Shown: in pieces, positions 1-7,446 of the stretch
How the letters are laid out: each line of letters begins with the position of its first letter
How positions within the stretch are numbered: the stretch's first letter is position 1
IMG/VR virus record: IMGVR_UViG_3300042334_000681
Coordinates: 1-40,003 of that record
Length of the DNA: 40,003 nucleotides
Reading direction: 5' to 3' (one strand)
Origin: a virus
Taxonomy: Duplodnaviria > Caudoviricetes
Made by a program: the position numbers and the translations under genes
The notes under the pieces: generated by a model
Seen by the model: the letters and a program-made list of their open reading frames with translations, nothing else
Databases searched by the model: none
What the model was told of the DNA's origin: nothing

Positions 1-127
1 TCCAGATATTCTTTAGGAACCAAGCCATAATAGGTTAGTACCTTCACTTTGTCATCTTCGAAGTTTTTGAGCTGTTGTGTTGGCTCTAAATCACTGTCGT
101 CGTATGTGGTTCCAATGTCCACTTTAC
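1..127. repeat. 127-bp terminal overlap, copy 1 (circular assembly artefact)
   Basis: 1-127 is identical to 39877-40003. It lies inside the portal ORF, and 127 is a typical assembler k-mer. Confidence 0.95.
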
Positions 128-809
128 GATAGATGCCTTTCTCCATGTTCTCTACAATTTTATGGATGGAGACATATTTCTCAATTGCACACCCCATTGC
201 GTCATCAATGCTGTCTGCATTAGCGTCAATAAGGAAGTTCTTGGGGTTTACAGGCTTTAGGAACACGCTTGTACGCTTTCCTTCCTCTACACCAATAGCA
301 GCCGTGCCGGGAGAGCCGGGAATGGGCTGTGTGGAGGGTTTTAGCTCTGTCACCTCACGAACAACAATTTCACCAATGCCTGTTCCGTAGATTTCAGCCA
401 TTAGCTCAATGTGGTCAATGCTTTTCTTGATTTTGTCCTTCTTGAAGTCTTCCATAAGCTGTAGCTTAAGGGCTTCAACGTCCATTGGGTTGCCATCTAC
501 GTCCTTGAGGTCGTCCGTAATGTCAAAAAACTCCCCTTGACCGAAAATAGCCTCAATAATCTCAGCATGACGGGTTTCTACTGCCTGTTGGGTGGCAGGT
601 GATATGATTCGGCTGCGTTCGCTCTCACGAGTTTTGTCTTCTGAAGCCCATTGACCACGGAAAATGCGGTCATACTCAAGCCATTTGTCTAAGAAGTTCT
701 CATCACGGAAGTCTCTCCATCTCTCGCAATGGTCGACCACCCATTTAACTAGCTCTTTGTCGCTGTCTGATGGTTCTTCCCATAAAATTTCTTTAGGTTT
801 TGTTGCCAT
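1..809 (-). CDS. Portal protein, N-terminal part (continues across the join into 38655-40003; ~676 aa total)
   Basis: ATG at 809 gives MATKPKEILWEEPSDSDKELVKWVVDHCERWRDFRD..., in frame with ORF 38655..39998 after removing the overlap. Directly downstream of terL. Confidence 0.9.
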   Translation of the reverse strand, partial: MATKPKEILWEEPSDSDKELVKWVVDHCERWRDFRDENFLDKWLEYDRIFRGQWASEDKTRESERSRIISPATQQAVETRHAEIIEAIFGQGEFFDITDDLKDVDGNPMDVEALKLQLMEDFKKDKIKKSIDHIELMAEIYGTGIGEIVVREVTELKPSTQPIPGSPGTAAIGVEEGKRTSVFLKPVNPKNFLIDANADSIDDAMGCAIEKYVSIHKIVENMEKGIYRKVDIGTTYDDSDLEPTQQLKNFEDDKVKVLTYYGLVPKEYL

Positions 810-812
810 GTG

Positions 813-2072
813 TCAATATCCTGCTGTTTGGTCGAAAATGACATATTCTTCATCTTCGTAATCTTGTTGATAAGAGGTCATGCAAAGCTGGTCAACGTAA
901 CTAAGAGCATCAACCAAGTCATCATGCACTCCCGAAGTGGGAAACATGGAGATTTGGTCGAAGGCTTCACGCCAGTCTTCGTCTTCGTTGAAGGAGACAC
1001 GACCATGTTCCATACGCCCTTGTAAGGCCCATGCAATGCGGTCATGCTTTCGTTTGTTGCCGTGTGTTAGGTCTTGGATGTGTGCGTATACGTTTGTCTT
1101 ACGCATAGCATCGTTGATGTAAGGCAAGACAGCATTCTTTAATGCTCCTCGCTCAATGCCCACACCAATGGGCTTGTGTTCTCTAATGACATTGATGATG
1201 GCTGCTGCTGTCTGTTTGACATCCCACCGACCATGCTCAATGCTCTTGACCCACCAATCACCTTCGTCTGTTATTTTGACAATGGCAATGGCTGTCTCGT
1301 CTAAACGGCTCTTAGAGGCTCCGGGGTTCTTCCCCACCTCCTCAAAACCAGCAAGGTCAATGGCAATGACATATTCCCCGTGCTTAGGCTCTGGGCCTTT
1401 CTTTAGCCATTCTTCTTTAAATATCTCTTGTCCAGCGTTGGAGAAGTTTGCTTCAAACTCCTGCTTAAAGGCAAAGGAGCTTAGTGTGCGTTTTGCTGCT
1501 TCAATTTCATCTGGAGGGATGGTTGGGTTGTCTGCTGTTGTTAAATGCCAGCTTTTCCAATCTTTGTCTGTTCCTTCTTGACCTAGCTTAAACCAGTCAT
1601 AGAAGTGGTTTCGACCATCAGGGGTACTAATTAGCACCGCTTCTCCCCGTAAGTCGGCTAGAGCAGGACGAATAATCTTAGTAAAAACCTCATCCTTAAC
1701 GAATGCTGCCTCGTCAATGACAGCAAAGTAGAGCTTTAAGCCTCGAAGCTGGTCGGGGTTCTCTCCTGAACGTACATGAATTTTACGACCTGTCACCAGC
1801 GTTATGTCCATCTGGTTTACGTGTGCGCTCTTGATAACGTCTTTGCCTTGCTCTAGAAGGGCATCCCAACAGATTTGACGGGCCTGTCCGAGGGTAGGGG
1901 CGACATACACAACAGCAGCCCCTTCAGGAGCCTCTAAACCCTTTGCCAGAAGCATCTTAAGGGCTAGGTTGCTCTTACCACACCTCCGACCAGCAGCTAT
2001 CACCTTGAAGCGGCTCTTGTCGTTCCAAGCCTCAATCTGCCAAGGCAGCATCTTCCACGAAATTTCAGCCAT
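813..2072 (-). CDS. terL: Terminase large subunit
   Basis: Walker A AGRRCGKS, Walker B AVIDEAA, motif III ISTPDG, RNase H-like nuclease IAIDLA...HDDLVDALSY. Confidence 0.96.
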   Translation of the reverse strand: MAEISWKMLPWQIEAWNDKSRFKVIAAGRRCGKSNLALKMLLAKGLEAPEGAAVVYVAPTLGQARQICWDALLEQGKDVIKSAHVNQMDITLVTGRKIHVRSGENPDQLRGLKLYFAVIDEAAFVKDEVFTKIIRPALADLRGEAVLISTPDGRNHFYDWFKLGQEGTDKDWKSWHLTTADNPTIPPDEIEAAKRTLSSFAFKQEFEANFSNAGQEIFKEEWLKKGPEPKHGEYVIAIDLAGFEEVGKNPGASKSRLDETAIAIVKITDEGDWWVKSIEHGRWDVKQTAAAIINVIREHKPIGVGIERGALKNAVLPYINDAMRKTNVYAHIQDLTHGNKRKHDRIAWALQGRMEHGRVSFNEDEDWREAFDQISMFPTSGVHDDLVDALSYVDQLCMTSYQQDYEDEEYVIFDQTAGY

Positions 2073-2074
2073 AT

Positions 2075-2479
2075 TTATACGTCCGTTATGTCTTCTACTG
2101 TCTCGACAACAGGAGCTGCCATAGAGGAGATGTTAATACTGATGGTCGGAACATTGCCTCCCTGCTTTGAGGCTTCAAACAAACTCATCGGCAGAACGCG
2201 ATCTACCGCTAATTTTATGGCTGCCATTTGTCCCGGATGGTCATCGTTAAGCGCAATGCTTATCATCTTGTCGAGAATACGGGTTCCACCTGTTGCTAAG
2301 AGCCTTTCTTTAAACTCTTGGATGCGCCCAGCATCACCAACAGGACGACCAATCTTCCCCTTGTTTCTCTCTTTAACGGCTATGAGGTCGGCCTTGGGAG
2401 GCCTCCCCTTACCTCTTGTTTTTGGTACTATCGCCTTTGGCTCAGAGCCTTGACGAACTTGTTTCGTCTCTGTTGTCAT
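2075..2479 (-). CDS. terS: Terminase small subunit (putative)
   Basis: 134 aa immediately upstream of terL, basic N-terminus with GRP motifs, helical core (HPGQMAAIKLAVDRVLP). Confidence 0.7.
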   Translation of the reverse strand: MTTETKQVRQGSEPKAIVPKTRGKGRPPKADLIAVKERNKGKIGRPVGDAGRIQEFKERLLATGGTRILDKMISIALNDDHPGQMAAIKLAVDRVLPMSLFEASKQGGNVPTISINISSMAAPVVETVEDITDV

Positions 2480-2814
2480 GCTGCTTTCCGTTCACTTTCA
2501 CATTGCTTACACACATGGCGTAAACCTGTAAAACTTTTTGTTTCTTTGTGGAAAGACGCAAGAGGCAGTGTCTCCTCACACTTTGAACACTTCTTAAAGC
2601 CTTGCTCAAAGAGGTCTAAAATTTCCTGCTTCTTATTAAAAATAGCAGCCTTAACTACTTTTCGTTCCGTCTTGATTCCTCTGTCCCACGACCTACGGGC
2701 TTCTGCCGCACATGGACGACATTCATGGTGAAGACCATCCTCTGTCATCTTTGATGCCCAGAAGTAGCTTGTAGACGCTTCTTTCTCTTGTTTGCAAATA
2801 GAGCATTGTTTCAT
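2476..2814 (-). CDS. Protein with two CxxC...CxxC zinc-finger repeats
   Basis: CSIC...CRPC and CSKC...CKQC. Start at 2814 forms an ATGA overlap with the upstream stop. Confidence 0.7.
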   Translation of the reverse strand: MKQCSICKQEKEASTSYFWASKMTEDGLHHECRPCAAEARRSWDRGIKTERKVVKAAIFNKKQEILDLFEQGFKKCSKCEETLPLASFHKETKSFTGLRHVCKQCESERKAA

Positions 2815-3029
2815 TTCTTTGCTCCCTTCAAACAATCGACACACCAACTGGTGTACCCCGTGTATGTGCTACTGTCTTCTTTAAACGACAGGAGACTCTT
2901 TTCTTGTTTGCAGCTAGTGCACAGCTTCATGCTTTTAGCCAACATACTCTTTTTGCTTGCTCTATTCCTAGCAACTGTATCTCGTCCCTTTTGACTTTGA
3001 GCTTGTGTATACGAAAGATTGAATAACAT
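2811..3029 (-). CDS. Small zinc-finger protein (one CxxC...CxxC repeat)
   Basis: SD AAGGAG before ATG at 3029; CTSC...CVDC. Confidence 0.7.
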   Translation of the reverse strand: MLFNLSYTQAQSQKGRDTVARNRASKKSMLAKSMKLCTSCKQEKSLLSFKEDSSTYTGYTSWCVDCLKGAKK

Positions 3030-3281
3030 TGTTTTCTCCTTGAAAAAGAAATGAGTTTTAGACACACTACCCATTAAAGTGCTTCAAGCCCTTTCGGGTG
3101 TCAATTATTGTTTACGACCAACCATCAGTTGTTTGTACATTGTACCCTATAAAGTCTATTAGTCTATGAAGACTTTAAAGTTATTGTTATTTACAAACTA
3201 TAAGAAGTAATTGCTTTAAAGCCATCATAGAGGCTTTAACGTTTTAGTAATCTTCTTAGTTTCTTTTTAGTCTATACCATA

Positions 3282-3310
3282 AGTATATCATTGTTTTCTC
3301 GAGCTTGCAA
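3282..3310 (-). promoter_or_regulatory. sigma70 promoter for the late (packaging/structural) arm
   Basis: Minus strand TTGCAA-17 nt-TATACT with extended -10 TG; AT-rich tandem CAAATAAATG x2 upstream. Confidence 0.75.
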
Positions 3311-3449
3311 CATTTATTTGCATTTATTTGTGTAAAGAAGTGTAAAGACATCAGGTCTTTTAGGATGTTCTAGCTTCTTCAAGCCTTTAATGTTCCCTTT
3401 TAGGTGTGCATTTTGTCCTCTATGGTTCTTTTGGTCGTTTCTTTAATGA

Positions 3450-3462
3450 AATCAAGGGCTTA
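3450..3462 (+). promoter_or_regulatory. IHF consensus site
   Basis: AATCAAGGGCTTA matches WATCAANNNNTTR. Confidence 0.5.
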
Positions 3463-3631
3463 GAAGTTCTTTATAGGTCTCTACTTATCCTCCTTTTTTA
3501 TTGCTCTTTTGTCTTTTTTATATGGCTATTAAGCTCCTGTAAAGATTTCCTACCAAGCTCACCCCTCCCCCCCTATGTTGTCCTATGTTGTATGCTTCTG
3601 TCGCTATCTGTGGCTAACGTCTGCTATCTAC

Positions 3632-3710
3632 ATAGACTGATGAGTCACTATATAGACTGATGAGTCACTATGTTTACCATGTGGTCAAACTATTAGTGAC
3701 TCAGTAGTCA
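3632..3710. repeat. 20-bp tandem repeat plus partial inverted copy
   Basis: ATAGACTGATGAGTCACTAT at 3632-3651 and 3652-3671; inverted TAGTGACTCA from 3694. Confidence 0.85.
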
Positions 3711-3902
3711 GTAAACAATTGGGGACAGAGTAGAATCTAGGTAGGTGAGGGGCTATGATGCACCATATAAGTGCATTATTGATTAGCATATCAGGCACAC
3801 GTTATCAATAGACAATGATGTTATCTCAAGGCATTGTCTTATAACCAAAGCATAGGAAAATACCTGTATGTAAACCCATTAGGGTTTTGGAGGGGTCAAT
3901 AG

Positions 3903-3915
3903 AATCAACGACTTA
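3903..3915 (+). promoter_or_regulatory. IHF consensus site
   Basis: AATCAACGACTTA matches WATCAANNNNTTR. Confidence 0.5.
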
Positions 3916-4003
3916 CGAGAACTGGCACGATTCTATTATGCTATAAGGGTAAGAGCGTAGCATTTTTCTATGTTGGTTAGGGAAAACACTTAGTAAATAA
4001 ATG

Positions 4004-4031
4004 TTGACACGGTTTAGAAAGCTGCTACAAT
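4004..4031 (+). promoter_or_regulatory. sigma70 early promoter
   Basis: TTGACA-16 nt-TACAAT with extended -10 TG, AT-rich upstream tract, 70 nt before the first early gene. Confidence 0.8.
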
Positions 4032-4101
4032 CTACCCATGCCAAGCAAGGGCCTACATGGTGTAGGCAAGGCGCAAAGCATACACTTCAAAGGAAAGCAT
4101 T

Positions 4102-4410
4102 ATGTATACAGTAAATTTAGAATTCCCTCTGGCTCGCATGAGTCAGGCATTATGCATTCTTGGCACGTTAGTGCACCCAGTGGGCTTACACCTATATGAA
4201 ACCAGTGATGCCACTGGCGATAGCGATAGCGGCGTTCAAGTGAAAGCCATTGCGCAAAGTAGCGCACGACCTGATCAATGGGTTGCGTTTTGTCTTATGT
4301 TCAATCAGGATTGTGTCGCTATCTCTTACAATGGCGTTAACGGCCTTACAATTGGCCCGAATGCCGATAAATGGCCCTTTAACATTGACTATTTCAAAAC
4401 CACAGTTTAA
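4102..4410 (+). CDS. Hypothetical early protein
   Basis: 102-aa ORF with SD AAGGA, first after the early promoter. Confidence 0.75.
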   Translation: MYTVNLEFPLARMSQALCILGTLVHPVGLHLYETSDATGDSDSGVQVKAIAQSSARPDQWVAFCLMFNQDCVAISYNGVNGLTIGPNADKWPFNIDYFKTTV

Positions 4411-4456
4411 AGCCTTCTGTTAGTGTCTTACAATAGGACACTGACGGGGCGGCTTT
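4409..4456 (+). other. Long intergenic RNA hairpin (RNase III site-like)
   Basis: ~22-bp stem with several G-U pairs and a CAA loop between early genes. Confidence 0.55.
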
Positions 4457-4480
4457 GCCCATTCACTAAAAGGGTTTTCT

Positions 4481-4681
4481 ATGTCAAACGATACTTACCA
4501 AGGCCATTTAAATGATGGTTCAAGCATACAAAAACATAGCGCAGGTGGAATGTATCCATGCGTGTTATATTTCCAGCATGGGCAATATGGTATCATTACG
4601 CCTGACAATCAAACGGGGACATTGTATGAGTCATATGACGCAGCTATTGAAGCCGGAATGAAATGGAAGGCCACACACTAG
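4481..4681 (+). CDS. Hypothetical early protein
   Basis: 66-aa ORF in the early gene run. Confidence 0.65.
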   Translation: MSNDTYQGHLNDGSSIQKHSAGGMYPCVLYFQHGQYGIITPDNQTGTLYESYDAAIEAGMKWKATH

Positions 4682-4697
4682 ACAACAATGCAAAGCA

Positions 4698-4732
4698 TTC
4701 TATAAGGGCCTACATTGTGGGCCTTTATGGGA
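4698..4732 (+). other. Intergenic RNA hairpin (RNase III site-like)
   Basis: TTCTATAAGGGCCTAC-ATT-GTGGGCCTTTATGGGA, 16 bp with G-U pairs. Confidence 0.55.
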
Positions 4733-4782
4733 CTATTTTGTCCGGTCGATAGGCGCACATACGTGCACATATAGGAAAATTC

Positions 4783-5103
4783 ATGCGTAAAATTGAACGT
4801 GAAATGCTTAATGCAATTGACAATAAAACCAATTGGGCCAATACAAATACGAGAGTGCAATATCAACCGGAAGTGTCTACCACTGAACGGGCGTGTATTG
4901 AATACGCTAAAGTATTTTTACACGATAACCATATCGCTACAGTGTCTTATGGGCATACGGTAGACGGAAAAGCTAGAGTAGACTATAATCCCGATACTTT
5001 AAAAGCATGGCCCACTCGCACCACTTTTAGCCGATTGAATGCTTTAGGCATTAAAGCCGGAATTCGCAAGGGCACTGTCTATGTTAACGAAAAGGCTTTA
5101 TAA
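4783..5103 (+). CDS. Hypothetical early protein (MRKIE-type phage protein)
   Basis: 106-aa ORF with SD; MRKIER...TRTTFSRLNAL pattern recalled from phage early proteins. Confidence 0.75.
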   Translation: MRKIEREMLNAIDNKTNWANTNTRVQYQPEVSTTERACIEYAKVFLHDNHIATVSYGHTVDGKARVDYNPDTLKAWPTRTTFSRLNALGIKAGIRKGTVYVNEKAL

Positions 5104-5104
5104 C

Positions 5105-5260
5105 ATGAGAACTAAATTAATTAACGCTTATCTAGACTATTTCAATCACTATTTGACTCCCGCAAAATGGGCAGAACATAACGGACTGAGCGAAGAACAT
5201 GGAAGGGCTTTTCTAGCCCTTGCAAAGGCCGTGTATGAGTCAAAGCACCCGGAGGAATGA
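5105..5260 (+). CDS. Hypothetical protein, 51 aa
   Basis: Read manually: MRTKLINAYLDYFNHYLTPAKWAEHNG...; tightly packed with neighbours. Confidence 0.6.
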   Translation: MRTKLINAYLDYFNHYLTPAKWAEHNGLSEEHGRAFLALAKAVYESKHPEE

Positions 5261-5261
5261 C

Positions 5262-5351
5262 ATGAGCACTAAAAACCTATTTGCAAGCCTTTTAATGGCC
5301 CTATTGTTGGCCTTACCTTTTGTCTTATATTTTACTAGCTGGAGCATTTAA
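5262..5351 (+). CDS. Small membrane peptide, 29 aa
   Basis: SD GGAGG; MSTKNLFASLLMALLLALPFVLYFTSWSI. Confidence 0.55.
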   Translation: MSTKNLFASLLMALLLALPFVLYFTSWSI

Positions 5352-5352
5352 T

Positions 5353-5484
5353 ATGTATATTTGTTACAACCACAATGGGACGTTTCTTGGCAGCTTTAAG
5401 ACAAAAAAAGAAGCTGCAAAGGAATGCGCCTATTACACTTCAGAAACTGGTAATTACTCATATTGGGAGAAAGAATGTACTTAG
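5353..5484 (+). CDS. Hypothetical protein, 43 aa
   Basis: SD GGAG; MYICYNHNGTFLGSFKTKKEAAKEC... Confidence 0.55.
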   Translation: MYICYNHNGTFLGSFKTKKEAAKECAYYTSETGNYSYWEKECT

Positions 5485-5609
5485 TTAAATATGCCAGTAG
5501 CGGCATTGTAGCTGCACGTTTCTTGCACCGAATAGATGCAAAGGATTTTATTTTGAACAATGAAGATTTTTCATTGGCTATCGGACTATTTATTATTGAA
5601 AGGGAATGA
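5475..5609 (+). CDS. Hypothetical protein, 44 aa
   Basis: SD GGGAG; MYLVKYASSGIVAARF... Confidence 0.5.
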   Translation: MYLVKYASSGIVAARFLHRIDAKDFILNNEDFSLAIGLFIIERE

Positions 5610-5610
5610 T

Positions 5611-5841
5611 ATGAATGACGTTTTAACCTATCAGGGCATTGAATGGGACTGCTTTTTTGAATACGATGCGCCCCAAGCTGAGACAGACACCGACCCGCCT
5701 TTAAGGGGCATTGCAACGATTTATGAGCTTTACATTAGGGACAAGGGAGTAAGAATCCCCAAAGACCTAATAGAGCACATTGATGTGCATACTATTCACG
5801 CATTGGAGAGACAATTGGAGGATAACAATGAGGCTTTTTAG
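5611..5841 (+). CDS. Hypothetical protein
   Basis: Part of ORF 5560..5841; start at 5611 fits the SD and gene packing. Confidence 0.6.
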   Translation: MNDVLTYQGIEWDCFFEYDAPQAETDTDPPLRGIATIYELYIRDKGVRIPKDLIEHIDVHTIHALERQLEDNNEAF

Positions 5842-6076
5842 AGAATTGTTAGTCGCTGCCCTTGTTGGCGGCGCATTAGGGCTTGTTTTTGCTGCGGGTA
5901 TAGCATGGGAAAGGGTACAGACAGAGCTTAATTATTCACAAGCTAAAGGCCAATGTTCTAGCTCTGCTACTAAAACGAGGCATTTATCTAAAACCGAAGA
6001 AGGCTGGATATGCTTTATTGAACATTGGGAGGGTAAACGCAAGCCTAGAATTACTATGAGTAGGTTGACAGAATGA
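5828..6076 (+). CDS. Membrane-anchored hypothetical protein
   Basis: SD GGAGG; N-terminal hydrophobic helix LLVAALVGGALGLVFAAGIAW. Confidence 0.65.
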   Translation: MRLFRELLVAALVGGALGLVFAAGIAWERVQTELNYSQAKGQCSSSATKTRHLSKTEEGWICFIEHWEGKRKPRITMSRLTE

Positions 6077-6168
6077 CATTTACTATCTTTTTATCCATTT
6101 TGACGGGAATAGGATTTATTTGTTTGCTTATAGGCTATTACATAACATTTAAAGGAGATAAACCATAG
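6073..6168 (+). CDS. Small membrane peptide, 31 aa
   Basis: ATGA overlap; MTFTIFLSILTGIGFICLLIGYYITFKGDKP. Confidence 0.5.
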   Translation: MTFTIFLSILTGIGFICLLIGYYITFKGDKP

Positions 6169-6662
6169 CGACAAAACGAAAACAAGACCAAGATAAACAC
6201 GGGTTTAAGTATCGAAGGCATTACACGGAAGAAGGCTATTATTGCTTCTATTGTGGAGACCCTGCGGATACATTAGACCATATTCCAGCAATATCATTAA
6301 TGGATGGGCTACCATATGAAAAAAGAAAATTAGAGAATATACCATGCGTTACCGTTGCGTGTTGTGGAGATTGTAATTGTGCTTTAGGGAATAAAAGAAT
6401 ACATACTATTGATGAGCGTTTAGTATACCTAGAAACTTATTACGAAAATCTATTCAATAAGAAATATGCAATGTGGACGGAAGAAGAAATAAACGAACTG
6501 GGTTACTCTTTGCAAAACTCTGTAAGAGCAAAGCAAGAAAAGCTGGGTCGATACCGTGATAAAATTAGGGGCATTCAGAAAAGGTTTTTACTGGTCGAAA
6601 CCCACCCAACTTTTGAAGCGGATGAAAAGCAGGAAAAGAAAAGGGGCAGGAATGCCATTTAA
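6165..6662 (+). CDS. HNH endonuclease with probable AUA start
   Basis: Frame is open from ATA at 6165 (SD AAGGAG): CFYCG...LDHIP...CCGDCN, the Zn-binding HNH pattern. Confidence 0.7.
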   Translation: MATKRKQDQDKHGFKYRRHYTEEGYYCFYCGDPADTLDHIPAISLMDGLPYEKRKLENIPCVTVACCGDCNCALGNKRIHTIDERLVYLETYYENLFNKKYAMWTEEEINELGYSLQNSVRAKQEKLGRYRDKIRGIQKRFLLVETHPTFEADEKQEKKRGRNAI

Positions 6663-6753
6663 ACGAGTTTTAAGGGGCTTTTTAGCGACCTTGGAACAGA
6701 AATCATCTCAAAACATGTGTTAGTGCCCAAAACGGGCTATTTAAAGGACTTTT

Positions 6754-6957
6754 ATGAAATGCGTTTGCTGCAACAAAAACCTAAGCGACTTCGAGGCCAC
6801 ACGCCGACACGCCATTACCAATGAGTTTTTAGACACCTGTACGGGATGTTTGGGAGAAATCCAGAGAATGACACCCTTACCAACTATTGACCGAAAAGAT
6901 TTAGACCACGATGAAGAATATCTAGTTGATGATGAATACAAAGTGCTTGCACTATAA
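6754..6957 (+). CDS. Small Zn-finger-like protein
   Basis: CVCC...CTGC, acidic tail, SD AAGGA. Confidence 0.7.
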   Translation: MKCVCCNKNLSDFEATRRHAITNEFLDTCTGCLGEIQRMTPLPTIDRKDLDHDEEYLVDDEYKVLAL

Positions 6958-7123
6958 AGCCTTTAAGTATTACCTATTATAGTTAATACCCTAAAAGACT
7001 TATAGTCTCTTTAGTCTTTATAGTCAGCAAGAACCATGCCAACATTTAGCATTAACGTGCCAAGTATTAGTAACATAATGCTTTTGGTTGGTCGTAACAA
7101 CAAATGAAAGAAACATTGAATAT

Positions 7124-7309
7124 ATGAAAGTTAAAGACGCTTTATACCAAGAGTTTGAGACCACAATTGAAGAAGAAGAAGCATTTGCAGAAATGCACTT
7201 CCAGACAACGTTAAATAATGTTGCCTATTTGGTCGTAAAACATGGAAAAGACGCTGTAATAGCGGAAATTGATGCCTATTTGAAGCTAAAAGACATTAAA
7301 GGAACCTAA
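7124..7309 (+). CDS. Hypothetical protein
   Basis: Acidic ORF upstream of the primase; start uncertain. Confidence 0.55.
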   Translation: MKVKDALYQEFETTIEEEEAFAEMHFQTTLNNVAYLVVKHGKDAVIAEIDAYLKLKDIKGT

Positions 7310-7446
7310 ATGCTATTATCAATCATTGTGGTCGTATGTATTATTAATATTATAGTCGAATAGGCTTTATAGTATGTCAACAATTGAAATATTTTTATTT
7401 ATTATTGTCTTATTACTCGCTTATATTGTGGATATATTAAAGAAAA

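Noticed and set aside
1-127. Terminal repeat as a biological DTR
   Set aside because: It falls mid-portal and has a typical k-mer length, so it is an assembly overlap.
3406-3660. 84-aa hydrophobic ORF in the intergenic gap
   Set aside because: It reflects T-rich low complexity and runs through the repeats and regulatory sites.
3632-3671. CRISPR mini-array
   Set aside because: Two abutting copies with no spacer, and no cas genes.
3637-3715. Hammerhead ribozyme (CTGATGAG twice, followed by a stem)
   Set aside because: The required GAAA after stem II is missing in both registers.
3923-3941. Canonical sigma54 promoter
   Set aside because: The -24 box is good but the -12 position reads TATT rather than TTGC.
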